Part shown: in pieces, positions 8,145 through 15,594 of the stretch
Numbering within the stretch: the stretch's first letter is position 1
How the letters are laid out: each line of letters starts with the position of its first letter
Virus record (IMG/VR): IMGVR_UViG_3300041809_000885
Span: 1 to 57,603 of that record
Origin: a virus
Taxonomy: Duplodnaviria > Caudoviricetes
Reading direction: 5' to 3' (one strand)
DNA length: 57,603 nt
Program-made: the position numbers and the translations under genes
Notes under the pieces: generated by a model
The model's input: only the letters and a program-made list of their open reading frames with translations
Database searches by the model: none
Told to the model about the DNA's origin: nothing

Positions 8145-8486
8145 ATGAAACTCTACATTTCGGAACCGGAACTGAAAGAAGGCTGTCACGTCGGACAAAT
8201 CCTTGTCCACGACGATGAAAACAATGACATTGCCTATTTCTTACACAATGAAGATGCGACTGTCCCACAGAGCTACGAAACCGCGCTTGCGATGGCGCGA
8301 GCACTGGTTAACGCAGAGGAATACCGTACCGCCCTGATACACATTAGAGGCTCATATACCCCAGATCAACCGGCAGATAGCGCGGCTGATGAGGTTTCGT
8401 GGGTGATGCGACACGTCGGAGGCTTACGCAGGGTAGCAGCTAACGCCTTAGATCATCTGGGCATTCTTGGAGAGAAAAATGTCTGA
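8145..8486 (+). CDS. Cassette 1 passenger, hypothetical
   Basis: 113 aa, AGGAGA RBS. Confidence 0.8.
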   Translation: MKLYISEPELKEGCHVGQILVHDDENNDIAYFLHNEDATVPQSYETALAMARALVNAEEYRTALIHIRGSYTPDQPADSAADEVSWVMRHVGGLRRVAANALDHLGILGEKNV

Positions 8487-8673
8487 AGCAATGCAATTCA
8501 CTAACGGACTCACGCATGCCCAAGACGACGAGATTGACAATGTGATGATCGATCTTGTTCGGATCGTTGACAGGATCGACCGCATTGGCATTCATCGCAA
8601 CTATTCGCTCGCCATTACCAAGATCGAAGAAGCAAAGCATTGGTTGCGCGACCGCAAGCACAAACCCGCGTAA
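8479..8673 (+). CDS. Cassette 1 passenger, Tad1/Acb2-like helical-hairpin protein (candidate anti-defence)
   Basis: C-terminal RNYSLAITKIEEAKHWLRDR resembles the recalled Tad1/Acb2 hairpin motif; GGAGAG RBS. Confidence 0.55.
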   Translation: MSEAMQFTNGLTHAQDDEIDNVMIDLVRIVDRIDRIGIHRNYSLAITKIEEAKHWLRDRKHKPA

Positions 8674-8848
8674 ATGCGCACCATGACCACAACATCTAGG
8701 GCCGTGTGTCTAAACCGGATAAGCATGTTTATATTAAAGCCGATGAGACGGCCTGTGAAACCACGACGATCGACGAATGGATAAGGATGCTACAATTAGG
8801 AAAGCATTGGCTGCGCCAACAGAAAAACAAAGCATCGAAGGCCAAGGC

Positions 8849-10087
8849 ATGAAATTAGCAATTGCGTTTTCGACAAAAGACCAGGTCGCGCTGACCGAGC
8901 AGACTTTGCCGTGGATTATGCACAGCGATATTGACATGTACTGGTGTGACGGTTCGCGCACCAACGAAGGCATTCGATTTTTCGAAGAGCATTCGGAAGG
9001 CGCATGCATGCTGAGCAGCGCCCGGGTCTTCGGCGGCGCTGATGCAGCAATCGCGTGGAAGCTGACCGTGTTGCTGAAGTCCAACGCGACCCACATCGGC
9101 CTTCTAGAAAACGACGTCCTGCTTGACGAGAACTGGTTTTCCCCCACTACGGAACTGTTCAAGCGGGGAGAGCAGGATGGCTTGCACGTTGGAGCAGTGT
9201 CTGCAAGATCTTACGTCGATCGTGTCCTCATCCAGCGAGACGGCTATGCCGTCATGCATAACATCGGAGCAGGATTTATTATTTTCACGCGAGAAGCCGC
9301 AGAGATCGTTCTTCGTTCATTCAGGACTTCATGGTGGCCAACCACTCGCTTGTTGTGGGCTCAGTTGTCCGGGATTGACGTAGCAACATACGCCGCCTTC
9401 CGCGGCAACGAGCAGTGGGTCACCACCGACTGGGGATGGGAAGCCCAGCTCGCCAGCCACGGGTTAGCCAGCCTCGCGCTCACTCCGGCGAAGTGTACCA
9501 TGATCGGGCAGAACCCGCCGCTGGAGCAGCAGGGATTGCAGTTGGTGACGTGGCCAGCTGTTTCCGGGCTAGTGAATGACCAGGCATTCGAGATCTATCG
9601 AGGTAACCTCCTCGCCATCCGCGCCGGCGTGCATCAGATCGAACTCCCTGGCACCATCCACCGCGACGGCGCCGGCATGCTTTTCTTTCCCCACCAACTC
9701 GGCAATCTGGCGGGAGGTGAACCGTGGCAAGGCAATTTGGAATTACAGTGGGCTCAGGGCTGGGGCCCGTTCGCCTACCGCGCTGGTCCGGGCGGCGCAT
9801 CTCTTTCCGTGCGCATCTCTGGTTCCTGCTCCTTCCACGTCACTGGCGGGTCCACCGGCGCGAGGGCGGCTATAACGGACACCCGCTCTGGATTTAACTT
9901 CGCGCCGGACTTGCCCGGCGGCATGCAGCAGTTCGGCTCGATCAACGTGCCGGGCGGCCCGGTGCCGCGGCAAATCACGATGGAGATGAGCGAAGGCGCG
10001 GTGTTCTACGGGCTGCAGACCGCCGACCCGCAGCTGCTTGATACGACGTTCAGGTTCGACTGGTCGCAATTGCCGGAGGCGAAGTGA
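8849..10087 (+). CDS. GT-A fold (GT2-like) glycosyltransferase with extra C-terminal domain
   Basis: MKLAIAFST..., CDGS, LLENDVLL; likely start 8849 by ATGA coupling. Confidence 0.7.
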   Translation: MKLAIAFSTKDQVALTEQTLPWIMHSDIDMYWCDGSRTNEGIRFFEEHSEGACMLSSARVFGGADAAIAWKLTVLLKSNATHIGLLENDVLLDENWFSPTTELFKRGEQDGLHVGAVSARSYVDRVLIQRDGYAVMHNIGAGFIIFTREAAEIVLRSFRTSWWPTTRLLWAQLSGIDVATYAAFRGNEQWVTTDWGWEAQLASHGLASLALTPAKCTMIGQNPPLEQQGLQLVTWPAVSGLVNDQAFEIYRGNLLAIRAGVHQIELPGTIHRDGAGMLFFPHQLGNLAGGEPWQGNLELQWAQGWGPFAYRAGPGGASLSVRISGSCSFHVTGGSTGARAAITDTRSGFNFAPDLPGGMQQFGSINVPGGPVPRQITMEMSEGAVFYGLQTADPQLLDTTFRFDWSQLPEAK

Positions 10088-10647
10088 TGCCTGCGCGAAA
10101 TCAAGTTTTGCGTATGTGTCGTTGCCAAGAAGAGTTTTCAGTTATGGCCTATATGGGGGCTAAGCGAAAATTTTGTTCGCCGCAATGCCATATTGATTTT
10201 GTGCGAGCCACAAATAAAACTCCCGAGCAGAAATTTGAGGAGTACCACATTCCCGAACCTAATTCGGGATGCTGGCTTTGGTTAGGTTGCCTTGACGGAA
10301 AGAACTACGGAATTCTTAGTATCAAGCGACGAAATGTTTACGCGCACAGGTTTTCTTATGTTAAAAAATATGGAGCGATCCCGGCCGGCAAGGAATTAGA
10401 TCACACTTGTCGAAATACATTTTGCTGTAATCCCGATCACGTTGAACCGGTTACGCACAGAGAAAACATGTTGCGAAGTCCGGTCACACTGGGAGGACGG
10501 CACGCTAGGAGAACACATTGTCCGCAAGGGCACGCATATGATTTGGAAAACACTTACGTCGGACCGTTGGGGACTCGTTTTTGTAAGGCGTGTCGTAGAG
10601 CTTTTGATAAGAAGCGCGGGCATGCCAGAGGAGTTAGGGCATCATGA
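10087..10647 (+). CDS. HNH homing endonuclease
   Basis: PEPNSGCWLW, LDHTCRNTFCCNPDHVEPVTHREN, THCPQGH..CKAC; AT-rich. Confidence 0.9.
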   Translation: MPARNQVLRMCRCQEEFSVMAYMGAKRKFCSPQCHIDFVRATNKTPEQKFEEYHIPEPNSGCWLWLGCLDGKNYGILSIKRRNVYAHRFSYVKKYGAIPAGKELDHTCRNTFCCNPDHVEPVTHRENMLRSPVTLGGRHARRTHCPQGHAYDLENTYVGPLGTRFCKACRRAFDKKRGHARGVRAS

Positions 10648-11642
10648 AAAAAGCTTTGGTGTTGGGCGCGAGCGGGTTCCTCGGCCAACATATGGAATAC
10701 CGACTCAAACAGGAAGGGTATTATGTCGTTTCTGTTGCGCGGCACGCGGCGCCTTATCGCAAAAGCGTAGCGAATGAAAATAACATACTTGATCTTACCA
10801 ACGAGGCTGGTTTTCACCACCATTTTTATCGGCATCACTTTGATGTGGTGTTTCAACTGGCCGGAAATGTTGGGGGTTTGGGACATATTGCTGTCGGCGA
10901 TAACGACGCAGCAATTTTAACAGATTCGCTGAAGATCAATCTTTATACGCTCGAAGCAATTCGGAAAACGCAGGCCGCTGAAAAAATACTGTTCGCGTCT
11001 TCTCAATGCGTCTACCCGGATACAATCGAAATTGATCCGTTTGCCTCCGAGCGAATCCCGGATCACGTTACGCAGCCGTGGCGCGAAAAAGATGCCAGCT
11101 TCGATACGTTTGCCTTCGGGCAAGAAAAATTATTTGCGGAAAAATTATACGACGCTTACGCTCGTAACTACGGGATCAACCCGAGAGTGGCGAGGTGCGG
11201 AAACACATACGGCCCGTTTTGTACTTACGACGGTGATCGTGCTAAATCTGTTGCCGCGATCTGTCGAAAAGTTGCAACAGCTCCTTATGCAGGAACGGTC
11301 AAGCTCTGGGGGGACGGAACGGCCCGACGATCTTTCACCTACGTCGACGACGTGATCGACGGCATGCTCAAGCTGATGGAATCCGACTATCAGGGTCCGG
11401 TCAATATCGCGCACGGCGAGACGGTGTCGATCGTCGAGCTGTTCGAGGCGGTGTGCCGGGCCGCCAACAAGGTACTGGCATGGGAGAGCGAGCCGGGGCC
11501 GGTCGGCGTGCATTCCCGCGGTTCCGACAACACCCTGGCGAGGAAGGTATTGGGCTGGGAGCCGAAGACGTCGCTGATGATGGGGTTGGCGGTCACGTAT
11601 CCGTGGGTGCGGGATCAGGCCTTGACGAAGGCCCCGGCTTGA
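10644..11642 (+). CDS. NAD-dependent epimerase, GDP-mannose 3,5-epimerase-like SDR
   Basis: GASGFLG, LAGNVGGLGHI, ASSQCVYP, WGDGTARRSFTYVDD; YxxxK appears as FGQEK. Confidence 0.85.
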   Translation: MKKALVLGASGFLGQHMEYRLKQEGYYVVSVARHAAPYRKSVANENNILDLTNEAGFHHHFYRHHFDVVFQLAGNVGGLGHIAVGDNDAAILTDSLKINLYTLEAIRKTQAAEKILFASSQCVYPDTIEIDPFASERIPDHVTQPWREKDASFDTFAFGQEKLFAEKLYDAYARNYGINPRVARCGNTYGPFCTYDGDRAKSVAAICRKVATAPYAGTVKLWGDGTARRSFTYVDDVIDGMLKLMESDYQGPVNIAHGETVSIVELFEAVCRAANKVLAWESEPGPVGVHSRGSDNTLARKVLGWEPKTSLMMGLAVTYPWVRDQALTKAPA

Positions 11643-11662
11643 GGTAGTCATTGTTGACTACC
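11622..11662 (+). promoter_or_regulatory. Promoter TTGACG-N17-TAGTCA overlapped by palindrome GGTAGTCA-TTGT-TGACTACC (11643-11662)
   Basis: Perfect 8-bp arms; followed by the GGGAGG RBS that originally served the recombinase. Confidence 0.65.
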
Positions 11663-11722
11663 AAGGGAGGATAACATGACATGCTTATCCGCTTCCCACA
11701 CACAAACGCTGAGGGATACTAG

Positions 11723-12058
11723 ATGTTGAGGACGCGCGATAAGTTGGCCGCTGAGCTTCGAAATGTTGCCGCAATAGCCTCGCCAGACAATGCGGCGAAG
11801 TATGAGGCTTTCGCGAAGCGCGCCGAGACTGGCGAGTTTGACGACTATGCCGACACCTATGTGTGTCCGATCACCCAACTCTATTCGGAACTAACCGCCG
11901 CAGGCTTCACCAAGTTTGCCGCCCGCGTCGCCAATGGCGAATTCGACGCCACGAAGGAAGAAAGTGACGAATGGGCACGTAGCCCATCTGGGCAGGACGC
12001 CGCAAAGCGGCTTCCGCCGGAAATGCGTGAGATTTTAGGTCTGAAACTCAACAACTAG
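11723..12058 (+). CDS. Cassette 2 passenger, hypothetical with internal GEFD repeat
   Basis: 111 aa; start lies inside the conserved left end (GAGGGA RBS). Confidence 0.8.
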   Translation: MLRTRDKLAAELRNVAAIASPDNAAKYEAFAKRAETGEFDDYADTYVCPITQLYSELTAAGFTKFAARVANGEFDATKEESDEWARSPSGQDAAKRLPPEMREILGLKLNN

Positions 12059-12068
12059 GAGAACCGCA

Positions 12069-12308
12069 ATGCCGCCAGAGATCAGCAACCAAGAAGCTAT
12101 CGAAATGATGAACCGCTGCAAGCAAGAGATTGTTGGCATGCGGGCAACAATCGATCGCCTCAAGCCCAAAGCCGATGCTTATGACAATCTCGTTGTCGTG
12201 CTGGGCCTGCTGCCACGCCCGAGCATCGGCATGGGCGAGGATTTGGTTTGGATCATCGACAAGCGAATTCGGGAATTGACACCGAAACCGGCTGAGAACG
12301 CGGATTGA
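12069..12308 (+). CDS. Cassette 2 passenger, small coiled-coil protein
   Basis: 79 aa, AGGAGA RBS. Confidence 0.75.
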   Translation: MPPEISNQEAIEMMNRCKQEIVGMRATIDRLKPKADAYDNLVVVLGLLPRPSIGMGEDLVWIIDKRIRELTPKPAENAD

Positions 12309-12359
12309 ACATGACCACAACACTTAGGGCTGTATGTCCTAACCGGATAAGCATGTAAC

Positions 12360-13058
12360 ATGATTCTTGCCTACATCAGGGTTTCGACAGCGGATCAGGC
12401 CAATGCCGATCGCTCCAGTTTGCAAACCCAAACCGATATCGTGGAAGGTTTCGCTCGAGCCCGAGGCGTTGATCGATTCGGCATTCAGATTTACACCGAT
12501 GCCGGGGTGTCCGGCGGGGTCAAGCTGTCCAAGCGAGAGGCCGGCGCCCAGCTGCTGGCCGACATGGCGCCGGGCGACACCGTGATCGCCAGCAAGCTCG
12601 ATCGCATGTTCCGTTCCGCCGTTGATGCGCTCAACATGCTGGAGTTGTTCAAGGAGAAGGGTGTCCATCTCGTGCTTTACGATATGGGGCACGAACCCGT
12701 GACCGGCGAGGGCACTGCCCGCCTACTGTTCACCATCCTGGCCGCTGTCGCCGACATGGAACGGATCAGGATCCGCGAGCGCACCGCCGAGGGCCGCAAG
12801 GCCAAGAAGGCGAGGGGCGGGCCGGTCGGCAATGTCCCGTTCGGTTTCCGGAAGGTCGGGGAGGGGCGAGCAGCCTGCTTGGTTCCCAATGACAGCGAAG
12901 TACAGGCAGCTGCGAAGATGCGGCAGCTATACCAGAAAGAAGGCCTGATCGGCACGTCGCGTAAGCTGGCCGAGGCCGGAATATTGTCGCGGGCCGGCAA
13001 ACCCTTCACGCCGATGGCGATCCGGCGAGTGGTGTTGGAGGCCGTCAATGCAGTTTAA
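12360..13058 (+). CDS. Serine recombinase (resolvase/invertase catalytic domain plus short C-terminal recombinase-type domain)
   Basis: AYIRVST, DAGVSG, SKLDRMFRS, ERIRIRERTAEG, PFGF. Confidence 0.93.
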   Translation: MILAYIRVSTADQANADRSSLQTQTDIVEGFARARGVDRFGIQIYTDAGVSGGVKLSKREAGAQLLADMAPGDTVIASKLDRMFRSAVDALNMLELFKEKGVHLVLYDMGHEPVTGEGTARLLFTILAAVADMERIRIRERTAEGRKAKKARGGPVGNVPFGFRKVGEGRAACLVPNDSEVQAAAKMRQLYQKEGLIGTSRKLAEAGILSRAGKPFTPMAIRRVVLEAVNAV

Positions 13059-13263
13059 AAATGTTTCGTCCAACGGCTCTGAGTTGTTACTGGAATGGAA
13101 TTTGGAAGGTCCTGCAGTGATTGTTCTTTGGGACGAAGGTAAATCCGGGCATGGGTGCGTGCTTTCCTGTAATGATGCGAGAAAGATGGCGGCGGAATTG
13201 ATACGACTTGCCGAGGATATAGAGACCTACGGCACTTCGATTAATCCGATTAAGGTTGGTTGA
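13048..13263 (+). CDS. Hypothetical protein
   Basis: 71 aa, GGAGG RBS. Confidence 0.55.
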   Translation: MQFKNVSSNGSELLLEWNLEGPAVIVLWDEGKSGHGCVLSCNDARKMAAELIRLAEDIETYGTSINPIKVG

Positions 13264-13265
13264 AT

Positions 13266-13472
13266 ATGACCTCTGAAGAACTCGAAGCCAAGTGCAAGGA
13301 GTTGTGCCCGCACTGCAAGGCAGGCGAGCCGGTGCGCCGGCGCCTTGATACTTTTGAATGGGTACACGACTTTTCGTTCGGCTCGGTTGATCCCAATACC
13401 GGACGGAAAAGCGGGTTCGGCCACAGCATCTGCGGCGCGCATGATTTAAGGAAGCAGAATGGGCAATCGTGA
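13266..13472 (+). CDS. Small Cys/His protein
   Basis: CPHC..WVH..HSIC pattern. Confidence 0.65.
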   Translation: MTSEELEAKCKELCPHCKAGEPVRRRLDTFEWVHDFSFGSVDPNTGRKSGFGHSICGAHDLRKQNGQS

Positions 13473-14904
13473 GTATGCAACCAAGCTGTTGATCAAGGGC
13501 GAAGAAGCAGCCCGCGACAAATCGGCGCCGACCAACCAGGATCACGCCTATCAGCTCTTGAATTCCGCCATATACGCTGACCCGACCTGGGGCCACGCGC
13601 TGTACGTCAACGGCTGCACGGCTTCCGATCTGATCCGCCCGCACGCCGCCGTTGCTCTGTTCCGTCGCGCGCTTGAATGTGAGCAGACGCCGAATGAGCG
13701 GCACCGGACGCTGACTAACCTTGCTTGGGAACTGATGAAAACAGGCGGCCACAAGGAAGCTCTACCCTTGTTGCACGAGGCGATCAACCTTGAGCCGAAG
13801 TCGTCGCTGCCCTACATGCACATGTCGATGTGCCACCAGATATTCGGCGAGACCGACGTTGCCGTTGGCTATGCCAAGAAATGCTTCGATCTCGCCCGGA
13901 CCGAAGACGGCACTTACAATGCGATCGCTGAATTCCAGCTGGCGTTTGCGTTGCTGTTCGACGGGCAGTACGCCGCTGGTTTGAAGCATTTTGAATCCCG
14001 CTTCGAAGCGCGGCTGCCGAATTTTCTGCTTTACCCGTATCCGAAATGGCGAGGCGAGCGTGGCAAGACGTTATTTCTCGTGGCTGATCAGGGGTTGGGC
14101 GATACTCTTAGTTATAGCCGCTTTGTGGAGTTGGCATCTAAGCGATGCAAATTTATCCACATGTGCGTACAGGCAGAACTTAGGCGTGTTTTCGAACATG
14201 CTTTCCGCCATCTATCGAACATCAATTTTATGCCTTCGCCATCAAACTTCCCCGGTGACGCCGACGCCTGGTCTACCTTCGTGAGCCTGCCATTCGCACT
14301 CGGCCTCACCGACGAGGAAATCGCCAACGCGCCGAATATCGACATGCCGCGCCCGCCGATGTCGAACCAGTGGAAGGTTGCCGATCGCCAATTCCACGTC
14401 GGCATTGCCTGGTCCGGTTCGCCGCTGAACGACATTGACAAGCATCGTAATATTCCGATCCATTACTTCATGGAGCTGTATCGGGTCCCCGGAATTCAGT
14501 TATACTCGCTGCAGGTCGATGCCAAGAAGACCGACCTGAACCTGTGGGGCTTTGCCCCGCTCATTCGTGACCTAAGTGGATATCTACGCGACGTGGCCGA
14601 TAGCTGTTCTGTGTTGTCGGAGTTAGATCTCGTAATTTCTGTCGAGTCAGCTCTTGGCCACATCGCCAGCATGTGCGATAAAGAATGCTGGATACCATAT
14701 TCGCATTTAGGTCGCGATTACAGGCTCGGTTCCGACGGGACGAACCGGCTGTGGACGCCAAAACATCGCGTATTTCAGCAAAAAGATGATATGCGATGGG
14801 AGCCAGTTTTTGACCGAATCGTCGAAGCCCTGAAGGAGAAAGTGCATGGCAACGTGGTCGAAACCGGTCTTCTCCGAGATGATATCCGAAGTCGGGTGGG
14901 ATGA
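13459..14904 (+). CDS. TPR-repeat protein with C-terminal GT-B (GT9-like) glycosyltransferase domain
   Basis: N-terminal helical repeats; DQGLGDTL, GIAWSGSP, LDLVISVESALGH. Confidence 0.85.
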   Translation: MGNREYATKLLIKGEEAARDKSAPTNQDHAYQLLNSAIYADPTWGHALYVNGCTASDLIRPHAAVALFRRALECEQTPNERHRTLTNLAWELMKTGGHKEALPLLHEAINLEPKSSLPYMHMSMCHQIFGETDVAVGYAKKCFDLARTEDGTYNAIAEFQLAFALLFDGQYAAGLKHFESRFEARLPNFLLYPYPKWRGERGKTLFLVADQGLGDTLSYSRFVELASKRCKFIHMCVQAELRRVFEHAFRHLSNINFMPSPSNFPGDADAWSTFVSLPFALGLTDEEIANAPNIDMPRPPMSNQWKVADRQFHVGIAWSGSPLNDIDKHRNIPIHYFMELYRVPGIQLYSLQVDAKKTDLNLWGFAPLIRDLSGYLRDVADSCSVLSELDLVISVESALGHIASMCDKECWIPYSHLGRDYRLGSDGTNRLWTPKHRVFQQKDDMRWEPVFDRIVEALKEKVHGNVVETGLLRDDIRSRVG

Positions 14905-15067
14905 AGATACCCAGGAACTGACGGTGACCTTCAAGAAGAAGGGCAAGACCGCGGCCTACAAGGGCTTCGACGAAGGCAAGGCCGAGGAGCTTTCAAAAGC
15001 GCCGTCGGTCGGCTCGATGTTCCTGTCCGAGATCAAGCCGTTTGCCGACAGCTGGCGATATGTCTGA
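14846..15067 (+). CDS. KTSC domain protein
   Basis: SEMISEVGWDEDTQELTVTF..Y....APSVGSMFLSEIK. Confidence 0.85.
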   Translation: MATWSKPVFSEMISEVGWDEDTQELTVTFKKKGKTAAYKGFDEGKAEELSKAPSVGSMFLSEIKPFADSWRYV

Positions 15068-15269
15068 TTCCGCCGAGCCTGTTGACTGGCAGGCAAAATT
15101 CAAGGCTTCTCAGAAGATCAATAACAAGCATGTTGCCGCTGAGCGTGAGGCTAAAAGGGATCGCGAAAAAGCGGAACATGCTATGCGGGAACTTGCTCGC
15201 GATCGCGACCACTGGAAAGAACGGGCGCATATTGCCGAGGCTGCTTTGAAATCGCTGGGAGCAAAATGA
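15060..15269 (+). CDS. Small coiled-coil protein
   Basis: Overlap-coupled ORF. Confidence 0.65.
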   Translation: MSDSAEPVDWQAKFKASQKINNKHVAAEREAKRDREKAEHAMRELARDRDHWKERAHIAEAALKSLGAK

Positions 15270-15532
15270 CTGACGAACAACCCGACGAGTCCGAGAAACG
15301 CGCCCTCCTGTTCGAGGACATGGCCCGCCAGATCCGGCTCAACAAGGATGCCAAGTTCGGCGGCGCCTTCCTGCTGATCCCGCCCGGCACCGACGACGAG
15401 GCGATTTTCCGGTCCCTGATGCTCAACCAGGAAGAGGCCTCGATCTTCTGGGCCTCGGTCCAGACCATCGCCAACGTCGCGGTGGCCGCCCTGGACAATG
15501 CCCCGCGTCAGCAGGGCTTCCGGCGGGGCTAG
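15266..15532 (+). CDS. Hypothetical protein
   Basis: 88 aa, phage-like codon usage. Confidence 0.75.
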   Translation: MTDEQPDESEKRALLFEDMARQIRLNKDAKFGGAFLLIPPGTDDEAIFRSLMLNQEEASIFWASVQTIANVAVAALDNAPRQQGFRRG

Positions 15533-15594
15533 GCCTTGGGGATTGCCCGGGTCCGTGCTAAGCAGGCGCATCCAGCGTTTGTGAGGCAGGTCGC

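Larger units (their letters stand above)
7889..8727 (+). mobile_element. Non-autonomous TIR cassette 1 (IS1595-family/ISSod11-like ends), 839 bp, 3 passenger ORFs
   Basis: Perfect 15-bp TIR CATGCTTATCCGGTT; 8-bp TSD TTTATATT at 7881-7888 and 8728-8735; no transposase. Confidence 0.9.
7838..8852 (+). pseudogene. 55-aa ORF interrupted by cassette 1
   Basis: Joining 7838-7888 to 8736-8852 gives MKVIINKQEGYSPYLYI-KADETACETTTIDEWIRMLQLGKHWLRQQKNKASKAKA*, ATGA-coupled to both flanking genes. Confidence 0.85.
11680..12355 (+). mobile_element. Non-autonomous TIR cassette 2, 676 bp, 2 passenger ORFs
   Basis: Ends CATGCTTATCCGCTT / AACCGGATAAGCATG; 8-bp TSD TAACATGA at 11672-11679 and 12356-12363; ends 42/50 and 40/46 identical to cassette 1. 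Confidence 0.9.

Noticed and set aside
8777-8848. N-terminal extension of the GT2-like gene from ATG 8777
   Set aside because: The region belongs to the interrupted 55-aa ORF in another frame; ATG 8849 overlaps its stop
7889-12355. One composite transposon spanning both cassettes
   Set aside because: The outer flanks differ (TTTATATT versus TAACATGA) and each cassette has its own TSD, so these are two independent insertions
12360-13058. Serine recombinase as the cassette transposase or an IS607 TnpA
   Set aside because: It lies outside the element and was itself hit by the insertion; 8-bp TSDs indicate DDE chemistry; there is no N-terminal MerR HTH and no tnpB
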